64,000 bases of DNA from Paraspadella gotoi (taxonomy: Eukaryota > Animalia > Chaetognatha), in assembly GCA_051294375.1 (NCBI GenBank), contig CM119268.1:21173020-21237019 (forward strand), written 5' to 3'. The notes beneath the pieces are model-generated. The model was given only the letters and a program-made list of their open reading frames with translations, was not told where the DNA came from and ran no database searches. Below are positions 1 to 14,349 of this stretch, one piece after another (within the stretch, counting starts at the first letter, position 1; each line of letters opens with the position of its first letter). The translations under genes and the position numbers were made by a program.

Positions 1-400
1 TTGACGATGTTCTCTTCCGTTTATTTGTAATCTCCTTTCTCTCTCTCTCTCTCTCTCTCNNNNNNNNNNNNNNNNNNNNNNNNNAAAAAGAGAGAGATCC
101 ACGCGTTTAAAGTAGGACCGACAAAAAACGATGAATGAGATTGAGAAGTGCAAAAAAAAGGAAAAAAATAATTAAAAGAAGAAAAAATGAATCACTGTAA
201 AACTCTAAACTTACTTTCCTTCTTCTTCACCTTCGTATCATCTTCCTTACTTTTTATCTAAACTTTTCTTCATTTTTTTAGAATTCGAAAATATCGATCG
301 ATGCCAATTAAAAAGTCAACAGAAATCTCGTTGTCGCAAAAGGGATGGGATGAGAGGGGGAGAGAGATTGCCGAGAACAGATCGAAGACAAAAAACAGCG

Positions 401-474
<74 letters not shown>

Positions 475-869
475 AAAGGCGTCAAAAATAACGAAAAAAA
501 GGTTCTAAAAGCAAACAATCCAAGCATAAAAAGAAAGAAAAAATCCGCATTGGTTAGGGACGCGGAAAAGCGCTGATAAATGAAATTCGAATAACGAGTG
601 AGTGTGGCGAGTGCGAAAGACAGACAGAGACGAGAGACATACAGAAAGGAGAGATGGAATTTTTGAATGAAATAGCGCGGCGCAAAGCAGTCTCTCTATT
701 TTTTTATACTGTCTGATTTTCATTCGTTGTTGTTGAATGAGTTTTTTCAATTTTATTTCCCTCTTTCTTTTTAACATTTTTAAATTTTTAATTTTAGTTA
801 TTTTCTTAAAATCTGTTTTCTCCCTTCCTGTTTTTCACTTTTTATACCCTTTTCTTCTTCTCTCCTCTT

Positions 870-902
<33 letters not shown>

Positions 903-1541
903 GCTCTCCTCTCTCCTCTCCTCTCTCTCCTTTCTCTCTTTGTATTTGCCTATTTTCTCGCCTTTTCTCTTTTTTCATATTTTCTCTCGTTCATCTCATC
1001 TTCATTCGAACGAACGAAATCGAATTGAAATGTCACATGACTAACGCATCAGGGCATTAAATTATTTCAAAAGGGTAGTCGCGGCAAAGTATCTCTCTCT
1101 TTATCTGTGTCATTAAATCTTTCTTTTTATTCATTTTAACCATTTTCAATAATTTTTTAATTTATCATTTTAATACAATTCCTGGCATCGTTTCAAGAAT
1201 GGATGGTCTCAATGGTCTTTGTTCCATTGAAGTTTAAACAGGGGACGCAGTAATCATTCATAAACGTTCTTTATTTTGCGATCAATAAGGCAATGTTTTG
1301 TATTTAGTAAAATATTACCAATTTTTTTAACATTTAAAAAACTTTTAATGCTCTTCAATGTCTATCCATGTCACTCAAAACCGAAGTCAATAACAAGCCT
1401 ACCACTAAATTTTAAACCCTATAACCCAACTTGTAAAAACTCTTGACTTTCTAGCTCCACTAATAAAAAAACCACTGTTATTCTTATCTCATTGTGTTTT
1501 TGTGCAGAAGCAATCAAAAAGCTTTTCCATTTTTCCTTTCT

Positions 1542-1626
<85 letters not shown>

Positions 1627-3869
1627 CTTTCGCGAGCACACCCGTCATGTTTGAGAAGCATGTCGGACTCGTATTTCGTTTTATCCTCCGTCGTTCGACC
1701 GATCTGAGCGGAAAGGGCGCGGGTCCAACGTGGCCCAGGTTTTTAGCTCGTAAGATGATGGACCGCGTTGGCAGGCGTTCGAATCTGTGAAAACGTTAAA
1801 ATATTTTCATTTCGTATTGGACGATGATAATTGCAAATTCGCTCGGTTTCTTTCCATTTTCTTTGAAATATTCCTTTAATTTCTTTAAAAATGTATTGTT
1901 GTGTCAAATCTTTCTTTCCGTTTTAAATAAAATTTAAATGATAAAATCGTTTAATTATTTGCTAACTAATCTTTCCCGATATTTAAAAACCAAAACAAAT
2001 TACATGTAAAAATTCCCAATTTAGTTTTACACTTCTTCGTTAAAAATATTGAGAGACCAAAAAACAACCAGCGAGAAACGCTAAAACTCAAGGCAAAACG
2101 AAACCTGACAACGACCGACAACGACGACAACGGGACGACGACAAACGCATTGTCGAACGATAAAGAAAACAGTCTTGGTCACAGAACCAAAAATAATCCC
2201 AACCTTCTCGTTTTGCTATCTTTTATTCGCAGAAGCAATGAAAAAAAGGCAAAATAACAACAGGAAAACAGAAAAAATAAAGGAAAAAGAAAAAAAATAG
2301 AAAAAAGTTATTGAAACCCTTAAGTTATCGCTGAAGCTTCTGCCAACATCTTTCTTTTTGCCGCAAATTCTGACAGAATCAATGGCGCAATTGCAGTTCA
2401 AGTGTTAGAAATTGATTCAACGAAAAAAGTCATTTCTTATTAAATTGCAAAAAATCGTTTAGACTTGGCAAATAATATTAGCTCTTATTCTTCCCAGAAC
2501 GCCCCATTTCATCTTTAAAATAATTTATTTTTTAGTTTAAAAGATTGAGTTTGGAAGTTAGGCACGTTAGGGATTAGGTTAGTGATTATGGTTAGGGATT
2601 AGGTTAGTGATTAAGGTTAGGGAAGTATGATTTAAGGTTAGATTGTCCATGATTAAGGTTAGGGATTAGGTTAGTGATTAAGGTTAGGGTTGGTTATATT
2701 AAGGTTGAATAGTAGTAATTAAGGTTAGCGGGAATTAGGTTCAGTGATTAAGGTTTAGAGATTTGGTTAGTTGATTGTTAAAGGTTAAGGTTAAAAAGTA
2801 AAGGTTAATGCTTAAAAACTATGGTCATCAGGCGTTTTAAGTCTAGATTAGGCTTAGGAATTTAAGCTTAGCAGAATTAGGTCATAAGCTTTGATACATA
2901 TATTTTAAGGTAAAATATTTAAAGTTAAAAATTGCACATAAAAAAAAAATAAGGCACTCTGGGCAAAAAGAGCAGCCGAAATATCTAATACTGTTTCAGC
3001 TTTTGATAATCATAGCGTCACACGCTTCGCTGGGTCCTTTGCGAAAACTCGAAGCAAAAAAAGAGAACCGATTCCCATCTTGAGGTTGAGCGAAGTAAGT
3101 CAAAGCGGAAAGAGAAAAGGTAGAATAAAAACAATGGAACGAGCAGCCTAATAATGTAAAAATTGTCTAAAATAAGAAACTGCGGAAGAAAGAGGAAAAC
3201 GACAACGTACAACTATTTCTTTTTCCTCTACTTCGATTAACTTCAAAAGGAGGAAGAGAAAGAGAAAGAGAGAGAAAAAGCGATAGGAAGAAGGGGACAA
3301 TGGATAAAGCAATAAAAGAAAGTTTTCCATCATTTCTAATATTTACTAAATAAAAAAAAACTATTTTATTCTGGGATGTCTCTTTTTTAAACGTCCACGC
3401 ACTTCAATAGTGTACTTTATGTTTGTCCCCGTCTCATGTCTCTGTCTCTGCTCTCTCTCTCTCTCGTCCCTTCCCTTTCTACATCTCAATTGCCCTTGAA
3501 AACAACTTTTTCCATTTTCTTTATAAATGATAAGAATCGAATATTAATGTTGTTCTATGAGTTTTTAAAATAAAAAATAATCAATTAATAAATAATATAA
3601 TAATAAATAATAACTATAATAATAAATAATATATAATAATAATAATATAATAAAAATAATAATAATAACAACAATAATAATGTTCTTATTTAATGATTAA
3701 GCAAATCCTCCATTTTTTTTCAATTTTCTACATTTTTTTCTAAAATCTTTTACTTTTACATCTATATCATATATATCCTATACCTTAATAAAAAATTTCT
3801 CTCGCGTTCCTTGTTTAGGCTTTCCTATTTTGAATTCTTTTATTTTTAAAGTTTTTAAATGTTCTCATT

Positions 3870-4125
3870 CTTTCTTTAAATCTCGCCTCTTTCTTGTAAA
3901 TCTCCTCTTTCTTTTAAAATCTGCCTTTTTCTTTAAATCTCCTCTTCTTTAAATCTCCTCTTTCTTTAAATCTCCTCTTTCTGTTAAATCTCCTCTCTTC
4001 TTTAAATCTCCGTCTTTCTTTAACAATCCCTCTTTCTTTAATCTCCTCTTTCTTTACAATCTCCTCTTTCTTTTAAATTTCTCATCTTTCTTTAAATCTC
4101 CTCTTCTTTTAAATCTACCTCTTTC
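3870..4125. repeat. 17-bp minisatellite (CTTTAAATCTCCTCTTT)n, mirrored at 7228-7480 across a gap
   Basis: Tandem units are directly visible, and the reverse-complement units AAAGAGGAGATTTAAAG flank the gap at 7267-7443. Confidence 0.9.
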
Positions 4126-5081
4126 TTTCATTTTTTCTCATTTGTTTCACAAAAATGAAACCTTTGTTTCGGGGCTTGCAGGATAATTATAGCGTCGAAA
4201 AACACAAATAAAATTCGATTTGGAAATAAACAGAATCAGAAAAATAGAAAGCAACTTTAGAATTCAAAGTTTTTATTAAAATTTAATTATTTTCTTAGTT
4301 TTTAGGCACTAGTAAAATAGCCATCTAGAATGTTGCTCTCGAGTTTAAAAAATCGTTATTTCAGACTACAACAATAATAATTAAAACGTTTAGACGGTAT
4401 AATTATTTCAACGTACGCAGATATGTTTTACTCTTATCTTAGGAAATTAAAGAAACTACATTATATTTGCAGTAATATTTGTTTGAAAAAAGTATTTACA
4501 TACAAAGGCATCAAATAAATATTTTAACATCTCTCAAGCTTATTATATTTCACCCTAACGTGAAACAAGTAAATAGCATATACATATAAATACGTATTTA
4601 CAAATAAAAAATATTTTTTTTTTGGGGAGATAGAAAGTAGAGAAAATATTAAGAATGAAATTTAAGCTGAATTAAAAACAAGTGAAATTAATGAAGAAAA
4701 AAAACAGACAAACACATACAAAACCACAAATGAGAGAAAAAGGAGTGACATTTGGTTTTATGTCATGTCATCTCATCTCAGTGAACAATGTCAGATCACC
4801 GAAAACGACGATTCACTGAAACCTATTTCCTCCTTTATGAGGTTCTTACGCGTCACGCACTTGGACGACGACTACGACGACAACGACGACAACAACAACA
4901 ACAACGAGGTGAGGGAGAAATAAAATCCTTTTTTCCCGCATTTCTTCCCCTCTGCCTTGCAGTAATAAATCCTCTTCTTTTCCTTTTTTTTCTTTTTCTA
5001 AACTGGTTTGTTTGTTTATGTTATCTTTCTTTCTTTCTTTCTTTTCTTTTTTTCTTTTCTTTCTTTTCTTTCTTTTTTTTC

Positions 5082-5133
<52 letters not shown>

Positions 5134-5648
5134 TTTACTGGCCTTCTTTCTCTCTTTGTCCTGTCTCGTTTTCTGTCAATTTTTCTTTATTACTTAGCGA
5201 CTCGCTCTCTCTCTCTCTCCTCTTTCCCAGCAAGCAAAACAAAATTGCCACCTGTGACCCGTAGGAATGGAAAAACGAATAAAGTCCCGTCGCTTCTGTA
5301 GAAGAGAAAAAAAATGGATGATTTATTTGGAGAAAAAAATAGTACTAAGAGAAAGAGGAATCTTTTATTATTACCAAATTGTTTTAGTTACAATTCTAGT
5401 TAATAAACAATAAATTGAATAAGGATTTAGTAAAGGAACCTTTTTTTTGCCGTTAGCTGCCTGGTGAAGAGAAATAAGTAATTGTAAAATTGAAGAAATT
5501 ATGTAGATACAATATAAGGTAACATAGTAAGTACCACTAAATAATATATTTGGAAACTCAAATAGCTACTATATTTTATGAAAATAACAACTAAGTCATT
5601 GACGGATAATTAAATTCGGTGACTTGACGGAATGACAAAAGAAACGAG

Positions 5649-5731
<83 letters not shown>

Positions 5732-6275
5732 CATCTCTCTCTCTCTCTCTCTCTCCCCTCGTTTCTTTTGTCATTCCGTCAAGTCACCGAATTTAATTAT
5801 CCGTCAATGACTTAGTTGTTATTTTCATAAAATATAGTAGCTATTTGAGTTTCCAAATATATTATTTAGTGGTACTTACTATGTTACCTTATATTGTATC
5901 TACATAATTTCTTCAATTTTACAATTACTTATTTCTCTTCACCAGGCAGCTAACGGCAAAAAAAAGGTTCCTTCTACTAAATCCTTATTCAAGTTATATT
6001 GTTTATTAACTAGAATTGTAACTAAACAATTTGGTAATAAATAAAAGATTCCTCTTTCTCTTAGTACTATTTTTTCTCCAAATAAATCATCCATTTTTTT
6101 CTCTCTTCTACAGAAGCGACGGGACTTTATTCGTTTTCCATTCCTAGGGTCACAGGTGGCAATTTTGTTTTGCTTGCTGGGAAAGAGAGGGAGAGAGAGA
6201 GAGCGAGTCGCTAAGTAATAAAGAAAAATTGACAGAAAACGAGACAGGGACAAAGAGAGAAAGAAGGCCAGTAAA

Positions 6276-6355
<80 letters not shown>

Positions 6356-7672
6356 ATAACATAAACAAACAAACCAGTTTAGAAAAAGAAAAAAAAGGAA
6401 AAGAAGAGGATTTATTACTGCAAGGCAGAGGGGAAGAAATGCGGGAAAAAAGGATTTTATTTCTCCCTCACCTCGTTGTTGTTGTTGTTGTCGTCGTTGT
6501 CGTCGTAGTCGTCGTCCAAGTCGTGACGCGTAAGAACCTCATAAAGGAGGAAATAGGTTTCAGTGAATCGTCGTTTCGGTGATCTGACATTGTTCACTGA
6601 GATGAGATGACATGACATAAAACCCAAATGTCACTCCTTTTTCTCTCATTTGTGCGTTTGTATGTGTTTGTCTGTTTTTTTTTCTTCATTAATTTCACTT
6701 GTTTTTAATCAGCTTAAGATTTCATTCTTAATATTTTCTCTACTTTCTATCTCCCCAAAAAAAAAATATTTTTTATTTGTAAATACGTATTTATATGTAT
6801 ATGTATTTACTTGTTTCACCGTTAGGGTGAAATATAATAAGCTTGAGAGATGTTAAAATATTTATTTGATGCCTTTGTATGTAAATACTTTTTTAAACAA
6901 ATATTACTGCAAATATAATGTAGTTTCTTTAATTTCCTAAGAATAAGAGTAAAACATATCTGGTACTTGATAATTATACCTCTAAACGTTTAATTATTAT
7001 TGTTGTATCTGAAATAACATTTTTTAACTCGAGAGCACCATTCTAATGGCTATTTTACTAGTCTAAAAACTAAGAAAATAATTAAATTTTAATAAAAACT
7101 TTGAATTCTAAAGTTGCTTTCTATTTTCTGATTTTTTATTTCAAATCAATTTTATTTGTGTTTTCGACGTAATATTATCTGAAGCCAAAAAGGTTTCATT
7201 TTTGTGAAACAAATGAGAAAAAAATGAAAGAAAGAGGAGATTTAAAGAAAGAGGAGATTTAAAGAANNNNNNNNNNNNNNNNNNNNNNNNNNNNNNNNNN
7301 NNNNNNNNNNNNNNNNNNNNNNNNNNNNNNNNNNNNNNNNNNNNNNNNNNNNNNNNNNNNNNNNNNNNNNNNNNNNNNNNNNNNNNNNNNNNNNNNNNNN
7401 NNNNNNNNNNNNNNNNNNNNNNNNNNNNNNNNNNNNNNNNNNNNTTTAAAGAAAGAGGAGATTTAAAGAAAGATGAGATTTAAAAATTTAAAAATAAAAG
7501 AATTCAAAAATAGAAAGCCTAAAAAGGACGCGAGAAGAAATTTTATTAAGGTATAGATATATATATATAGATTTAAAAAGTAAAAGATTTTAGAAAAAAA
7601 TGTAGAAAATTAAAAAAAATGGAGGATTTCTTATCATTAATAAAACAATTATTATTGTTGTTATTATTATTA

Positions 7673-7758
<86 letters not shown>

Positions 7759-7860
7759 TTATTTTTAAAAACTCATAGACACATTAATATTATTCTTATC
7801 ATTTATAAAAAATGGAAAAAGGTTTTTCAAGGGCAATTGAGAATGTAGAAAGGGAAGGAC

Positions 7861-7892
<32 letters not shown>

Positions 7893-8310
7893 CGGGGACA
7901 AACATAAAGTACCTATTGAAGCGTGGACGTTTAAAAAAAGACACCCAGAATAAAATAGTTTTTTTTTTATTTAGTAAAATTAGAAATGAATGAAAACTTT
8001 TTTTATTCTTTATCCGATTGTCCCCTTTTCTATCCTTTTTCTCTCTCTTTCTCTTTCTCTTCCTCCTTTTGAAGTTAATCGAAGTAGAGGAAAGAAATAG
8101 TTACGTGTCGTTTTCCTCTTTTCCCAGTTTCTATTTTACAATTTTTTACATTATTAGCTCTCGTTCCATTGTTTTATTCTACCTTTTCTTTCCGACTTTG
8201 ACTTACTTCGCTCACTCAAATGGAATCGTTCTCTTTTTTTCTTCGATTTTCCAAAGACCCAGCGAAGCGGTGACCATGATTATCAAAAGCTGAAACAGTA
8301 TTAGATATTT

Positions 8311-8791
8311 CGGCTCTCTTTTCCCAGAGTGCCTTATTTTTTTTATTCAATTTTAACTTTAATATTTTACCTAAATATATTATCAAGCTTATGACCTAAT
8401 TCCTAAGCTTAATTCCTAAGCCTAATCTAACTTTAAACCCTGATCCATAATTTTTAACATTAACCTTTAACTTTTAACCTTAACCTTTAACAATCACTAA
8501 CCAAATCTCTAACCTTAATCACTAACCTAATCCCTAACCTTAATTACTAAACTAATTCCTAACCTTAATCACTAACCTAATCCCTAACCTTAATCACTAA
8601 CCTAATCCCTAACCTTAATCACTAACCTAATCCCTAACCTTAATCACTAACCTAATCCCTAACCTTAATCACTAACCTAATCCCTAACCTTAATCACTAA
8701 CCTAATCCCTAACCCTAACTTCCAACTCAATCTTTAACTAAAAAATAAATTATTTTAAAGATGAAATGGGGCGTTCTGGGAAAATAAGGCT
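8311..8791. mobile_element. MITE-like element with ~28-bp imperfect terminal inverted repeats and an internal telomere-like array
   Basis: The left end GGCTCTCTTTTCCCAGAGTGCCTTATTT resembles the reverse complement of the right end, AGCCTTATTTTCCCAGAACGCCCCATTT. A related right end with a CCCTAA-like tract recurs independently at 61730-61918. Confidence 0.5.
8496..8718. repeat. 25-bp telomere-like minisatellite (ACTAACCTAATCCCTAACCTTAATC)n, ~8 copies
   Basis: The 25-bp period is visible (8571, 8596, 8621...) and the unit contains CCCTAA. Mirror copies lie at 2560-2790 and 17005-17095. Confidence 0.9.
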
Positions 8792-9582
8792 AATATTATT
8801 TGCCAAGTCTAAACATTTTTTGCAATTTAATAAAATGACTTTTTTCGTTGATAATTTCTAACACTTGAACTGCAATTGCGCCATTGATTCGTCAGAATTT
8901 GCAAAAAGAAAGATGTTGGCAGAAGCTTCAGCGATAACTTAAGGTTTTCAAATAACTTTTTCTATTTTTTTTCTTTTTCCTTTATTTTTTCGTTTTCCTT
9001 TGTTTTTCCTTTTTTTCATTGCTTCTCAATAAAAGAACAAAAACGAGAAGTTGGGATTATTTTTGGTTCTGTGACCAAACGTGTTTTCTTTATCGTTCGA
9101 CATCGTTGTCGTCGTCGTTGTCGTCGTTGTCGTCGTTGTCGTCGTTGCCTTGAGTTTAGGTTTTCTGGTTGTTTTTGGTCTTCAATATTTTTAAACGAAG
9201 AAAGTTAAAATAAATTGGGAATTTTTAATGTAATTGTTTTGGTTTTTAAATCGGGAAAGATTATTACAAAATTAAACGATTTTATCATTTAAATTTTATT
9301 TAAACGAAAGGAAAGATTTGACACAACAATACATTTTTAAAGAAATTAAAGGAATATTTCAAAGAAAAATGAAAGAAACCGAATTTCAATTATCATCGTC
9401 AATACGAAATGAAAATATTTAACGTTTTACAGATTCGAACGCCTGCAACGGCGTCCATGATCTTACGACTAAAAACCTGGGCCACGTTGACCCGCCCTTT
9501 CCGCTCGATCGGTCGAAACGACGGAGGAAAAACGAAAATACGATCCGACATGTTCTCAAAACATGACGGGTGTGCTCGCGAA

Positions 9583-9662
<80 letters not shown>

Positions 9663-10258
9663 TGAAAAGCTTTTTTGATTGCTTCTGCACAAAAACACAA
9701 TGAGATAAGAATAACAGTGGTTTTTTTATTAGTGGACTAGAAAGTCAAGAGGTTTTTAAAGTTGGGTTATAGGTTAAAATTTAGTGTCAGGCTTTTTATT
9801 GACTTCGGGTTTTGAGTGACATGGATAGACATTGAAGAGCATTAAAGTTTTTTAAATGTTTAAAAATTGGTATATTTTACTAAATAAAAACATTGCTTAT
9901 TGACCGCAAATAAAAGAACGTTTATTGAATGATTACTGCGTCCCTTTTACTTCAATGGAACAAAACCATTGAGACCATCAATTTTGAAACGATGCCAGGA
10001 ATTGTATTAAAATGATAAAATTAAAAAATTATGAAAAATGGTTAAAATGAATAAAAAAAAGATTTAATGACACAGATAAAGAGAGAGATACTTTCCGACT
10101 GACCCTTTTGAAATAATTTATGCCCTGATCGTAGTCATTGACATTTCAATCGATTTCGTTCGTTCGAATGAAGATGAGATGAACGAGAGAAAATATGAAA
10201 AAGAGAAAAAGGGAGAAAATAGGAAATAAAGAGAGAAAGAGAGAAAGAGAGAGAGAGC

Positions 10259-10300
<42 letters not shown>

Positions 10301-10671
10301 AGGTAAATAAAAAAGTGAAAAACAGGAAGGGAGAAACAGATTTTAAGAAAAATAACTAAAAAATTAAAAATTTAAAAATGTTAAAAAGAAAGAGGGAATA
10401 AAATTGGAAAAAACTCATTCAAAACAACGAATGAAAATCAAAGTAGAAAAAAATAGAGAGACTGCTTTCGCTATTTCATTCAAAAATCCATCTCTCCTTT
10501 CTGTATGTCTCTCTCTCTGTCTGTCTTTCGCACTCGCACACACTCACTCTTATTCGAATTTCATTTATCAGCGCTTTTCCGCGTCCCTAACCAATGCGGA
10601 TTTTTTTCTTTCTTTTTTTATGCTTGGATTGTTTGCTTTTAGAACCTTTTTTTCGTATTTTTGACGCCTTT

Positions 10672-10763
<92 letters not shown>

Positions 10764-11200
10764 CGCTGTTTTTTGTCTTCGACTGTTCTCGGCAATCTCT
10801 CTCCCCCTCTCATCCATCCCTTTTGCCGACAACGAGATTTCTGTTGACTTTTTAATTGGCATCGATCGATATTTTCGAATTCTAAAAAANNNNNNNNNNN
10901 NNNNNNNNNNNNNNNNNNNNNNNNNNNNNNNNNNNNNNNNNNNNNNNNNNNNNNNNNNNNNNNNNNNNNNNNNNNNNNNNNNNNNNNNNNNNNNNNNNNN
11001 NNNNNNNNNNNNNNNNNNNNNNNNNNNNNNNNNNNNNNNNNNNNNNNNNNNNNNNNNNNNNNNNNNNNNNNNNNNNNNNNNNNNNNNNNNNNNNNNNNNN
11101 NNNNNNNNNNNNNNNNNNNNNNNNNNNNNNNNNNNNNNNNNNNNNNNNNNNNNNNNNNNNNNNNNNNNNNNNNNNNNNNNNNNNNNNNNNNNNNNNNNNN

Positions 11201-11390
11201 NAAAAAGAGAGAGATCCACGCGTTTAAAGTAGGACCGACAAAAACGATGAATGAGATTGAGAAGTGCAAAAAAAAGGAAAAAAATAATTAAAAGAAGAAA
11301 AATGAAATCACTGTTAAAAACTCTAACTTACTTTCCTTCTTCTTCACCTTCGTATCATCTTCCTTACTTTTTATCTAAACTTTTCTTCAT
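11201..11390 (+). repeat. Direct duplicate of 85-272
   Basis: AAAAAGAGAGAGATCCACGCGTTTAAAGTAGGACCGAC... is near-identical at both sites, and both follow N gaps. Confidence 0.95.
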
Positions 11391-14017
11391 TCCCTCTCAA
11401 CTATAATGAAAGGAACGAACGTTTGTTGTGACAGTATTTGTTCGTATTGTAGTTTGATCTACTTTTTACGTTATAAAATTACAATAAATAAATAATCAGT
11501 GGCTGCGCCAATACATGTAAATCACTTTCAAGGGCTTAAACTGAACTGTTACTGTGGCACTAATATCATTTTATAAATCAAAACAATATTATTTTTGTTT
11601 TGAAGTATGATATATGATTAACATGCATTTATAAAAATATAGAATAAGAAATAGAATAAAATCGAATAGAATAAGAAAAAAATACTTGTTAAAAAATATC
11701 AAAGAAATATATTTTTAATATAAGATAATAAAGATTTAAAAAAATTATTTGCTATATTTTTAAAGAGCAGGTGCAAGTAAAGATCTAGTGGATGTAGCTA
11801 AAATTTATTTTAAATGTTCCTTTGCCTTAAAAAAAGCTTCCTTCTTTGTAGAGCCCTCTAGTAAAATATAGTAAAAATATATAAAACAATTTTAATGAGA
11901 CTGTTCTTTTGCTTCAGAAAAAAATATTAAAAACTCTGGTGNNNNNNNNNNNNNNNNNNNNNNNNNNNNNNNNNNNNNNNNNNNNNNNNNNNNNNNNNNN
12001 NNNNNNNNNNNNNNNNNNNNNNNNNNNNNNNNNNNNNNNNNNNNNNNNNNNNNNNNNNNNNNNNNNNNNNNNNNNNNNNNNNNNNNNNNNNNNNNNNNNN
12101 NNNNNNNNNNNNNNNNNAATGCTCCTTTGTTTGTACAGCCATCTGGTTTATTAAGACAAAAACATATAAAAAATTGCTATTTTGTATAAAGCAATGCAAG
12201 TGAAGATCTGGTGTGGGCAGACAGAAGAGCACATTTCTATAGAAAGTAAAAGGAAAATGCTCATAGTAGAGAAAGTAAGAGACAAATCNNNNNNNNNNNN
12301 NNNNNNNNNNNNNCGCCTCCCTGCCTCTCCTTTCCTCTCCTTCCCCTCTGCTCTCTTTTCCCTCTCTCCTCCCCTCCCTCTCTTTCCTCCTTCACTTCCC
12401 CTCTTTTCTTTCTCTCTCTCTCCCTCTCTCTCTCCTCTCTCTCGTCTCTCTCTCTCTCTCTCCTCTCGCTCTCTCTCTCCTCTCTCTCTCTCTCTCTGAT
12501 CTGGCTGCCATCGAGGTTCTCTCTTGTTGAACAACGTTCAATTGATTTTTGAATTTGTCCACGTCAGCGTCTGCCTTTCGATCTCGATTTTTTCCTTCCG
12601 CTTACAATTTAAGGTCAAAAGCAATATAAAAACAAATAATTAGTGTCTATTATTATTTATTGATTGTTTCTCAAGGATATTGCGCAAATTAAGTCCCAAT
12701 AAGTGAATAATCTCCGGTGTTATTTTATGTAAGTTATTGTTGTATTTATATAGTATAAAACAGAATCGGATCGGAAGATCGGGCGGATCATCCGCAAGAA
12801 TCGGAATCGTCAAATCTTGCAATTGGTCAAGGACAAAATCTGGAATCGATCAATCAGCTTTGAAGAACCGATAGAATCCTGTAAACTAAGCTCTTTTGCC
12901 TCTTTGATCCTCCTCTCTAGATTATAATAGATTTAGCTTTTCTTAGTATTTTATGATGCGGCAGTAAATTGATGGCTGGTAGCGACGGGTTGAGCAGCAG
13001 CTGTGCATTCTAAAGAGTCCACGCCTCCAGAAGAAGACGTGGTGTTATACAATTATAAGCGTACGCTGAAGACACTATTAACGGTTAATTCTGTGATACT
13101 CAGTGACAAATTTATTTGAGAAATCACTTTAGGTGAATTTTACTTAATCCACCATCGAAATTGTTAAATTTTTTTTTCTACTTTCTTTTTATAATTATTT
13201 CCCGGTTACTTAATTTTCTTTTCTCCGTACTAGGCATTTGTCTCTTACTTTCTCTACTATGAGCATTTTCCCTTTTACTTTCTATAGAACATGTTGCTCT
13301 TCTGTCTGCCCACTACCAGATCTTCACTTGCATTGCTTTATACAAAATAGCAATTTTTTATATGTTTGTCTTAATAAACCAATGGCGTAACAAACAAAGG
13401 AGCAATTTTTAAAAATAAATAGCAATAAAATTTAGTTTAGGTATACTCCATCCAGAGTTTTTAATATTTTTTTCTGAAAGCAAAAGAACAGTCTCATAAA
13501 AGTTGTTTTTATAATATTTACTATATTTACTAAGAGGGCTCACAAAGAGGAAGCTTTTTTTAAGGCAAAGGAAATTTAAAATGAAATTTTAGCTACAATC
13601 CCATAGATCTATTACTTGGCACCTTGCCTCTTTAAAAATATAGCAAATAATTTTTTTAAATTTTCGTATTATTTAATTAAAATATATTTCTTTTGATATT
13701 TTTTAAACAAGTAAATTTTTTTTCTTATTCTATTCGATTTTATTCTATTCTTATTCTATATTTTTTATAAATGCATGTTAATCATATACATCACTTCAAA
13801 ACAAAAATAATATTGTTTTGATTTATAAATGATATCAGTGCCTACAGTAAACAGTTCAGTTTTAAGCCCCTTGAAAGTGATTTACATGTATTGGCCGCAG
13901 CCACTGATTATGTAATTTAATTGTAATTTATAACGAAAAAGTAGATCAAACTACAAACGAACAAATACTCGCTCACAGTTAACAAACCGTTCGTTTCCTT
14001 TCATTATAGTTGAGAGG
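11391..14017. repeat. Inverted repeat, arms 11391-12288 and ~13235-14017 (right arm noisy)
   Basis: CCTCTCAACTATAATGAAAGGAACGAAC at 11393 mirrors 13989-14017, and GCTCATAGTAGAGAAAGTAAGAGACAAAT at 12259 mirrors 13236-13264. Confidence 0.93.
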
Positions 14018-14043
14018 AAAACGAGGAGAGGAGAAGAGACGAA

Positions 14044-14089
<46 letters not shown>

Positions 14090-14209
14090 AGAGTAGAGAA
14101 GGAAGAGAGAGAGAGATGAGAGAGAGATTGTCGCCCTCGAATCCCGTCTGATTTTCGCCGGGAGGGAAGGATTACAAAAGGACGTGGCAACATCAAGGGA
14201 AGACGCCCG

Positions 14210-14294
<85 letters not shown>

Positions 14295-14349
14295 CTTTCT
14301 CTCCTTTCGCGCAGTCCTTTCCTCTCTTTCTCCTCTCTCTCTCTCACCG

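Larger units (their letters stand above)
274..10889. repeat. Giant inverted repeat (arms ~274-5650 and ~5745-10889) with a (GA)n/(TC)n centre
   Basis: The arms are reverse complements along their whole length. For example, GGTGACTTGACGGAATGACAAAAGAAACGAGGGG at ~5618 mirrors CCCCTCGTTTCTTTTGTCATTCCGTCAAGTCACC at ~5755, and TTTTTTAGAATTCGAAAATATCGATCGAT at 274 mirrors 10861-10889. The left arm has many extra single-base insertions at 2-4.5 kb. Confidence 0.97.

Noticed and set aside
85-98. AAAAGAGAGAGAT resembling a SMRTbell adapter end (also ATCTCTCTCTTT at 1091)
   Set aside because: The rest of the adapter is absent, the motif is expected from GA repeats and it is present in duplicate copies.
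8496-8718. True telomere
   Set aside because: An internal composite 25-mer, not a terminal pure hexamer array.
12935-13060. Penelope GIY-YIG C-terminus-like peptide (RLLLEAWTL..LLN) on the minus strand
   Set aside because: Short, interrupted by a stop, in noisy sequence, with no RT or hammerhead nearby.
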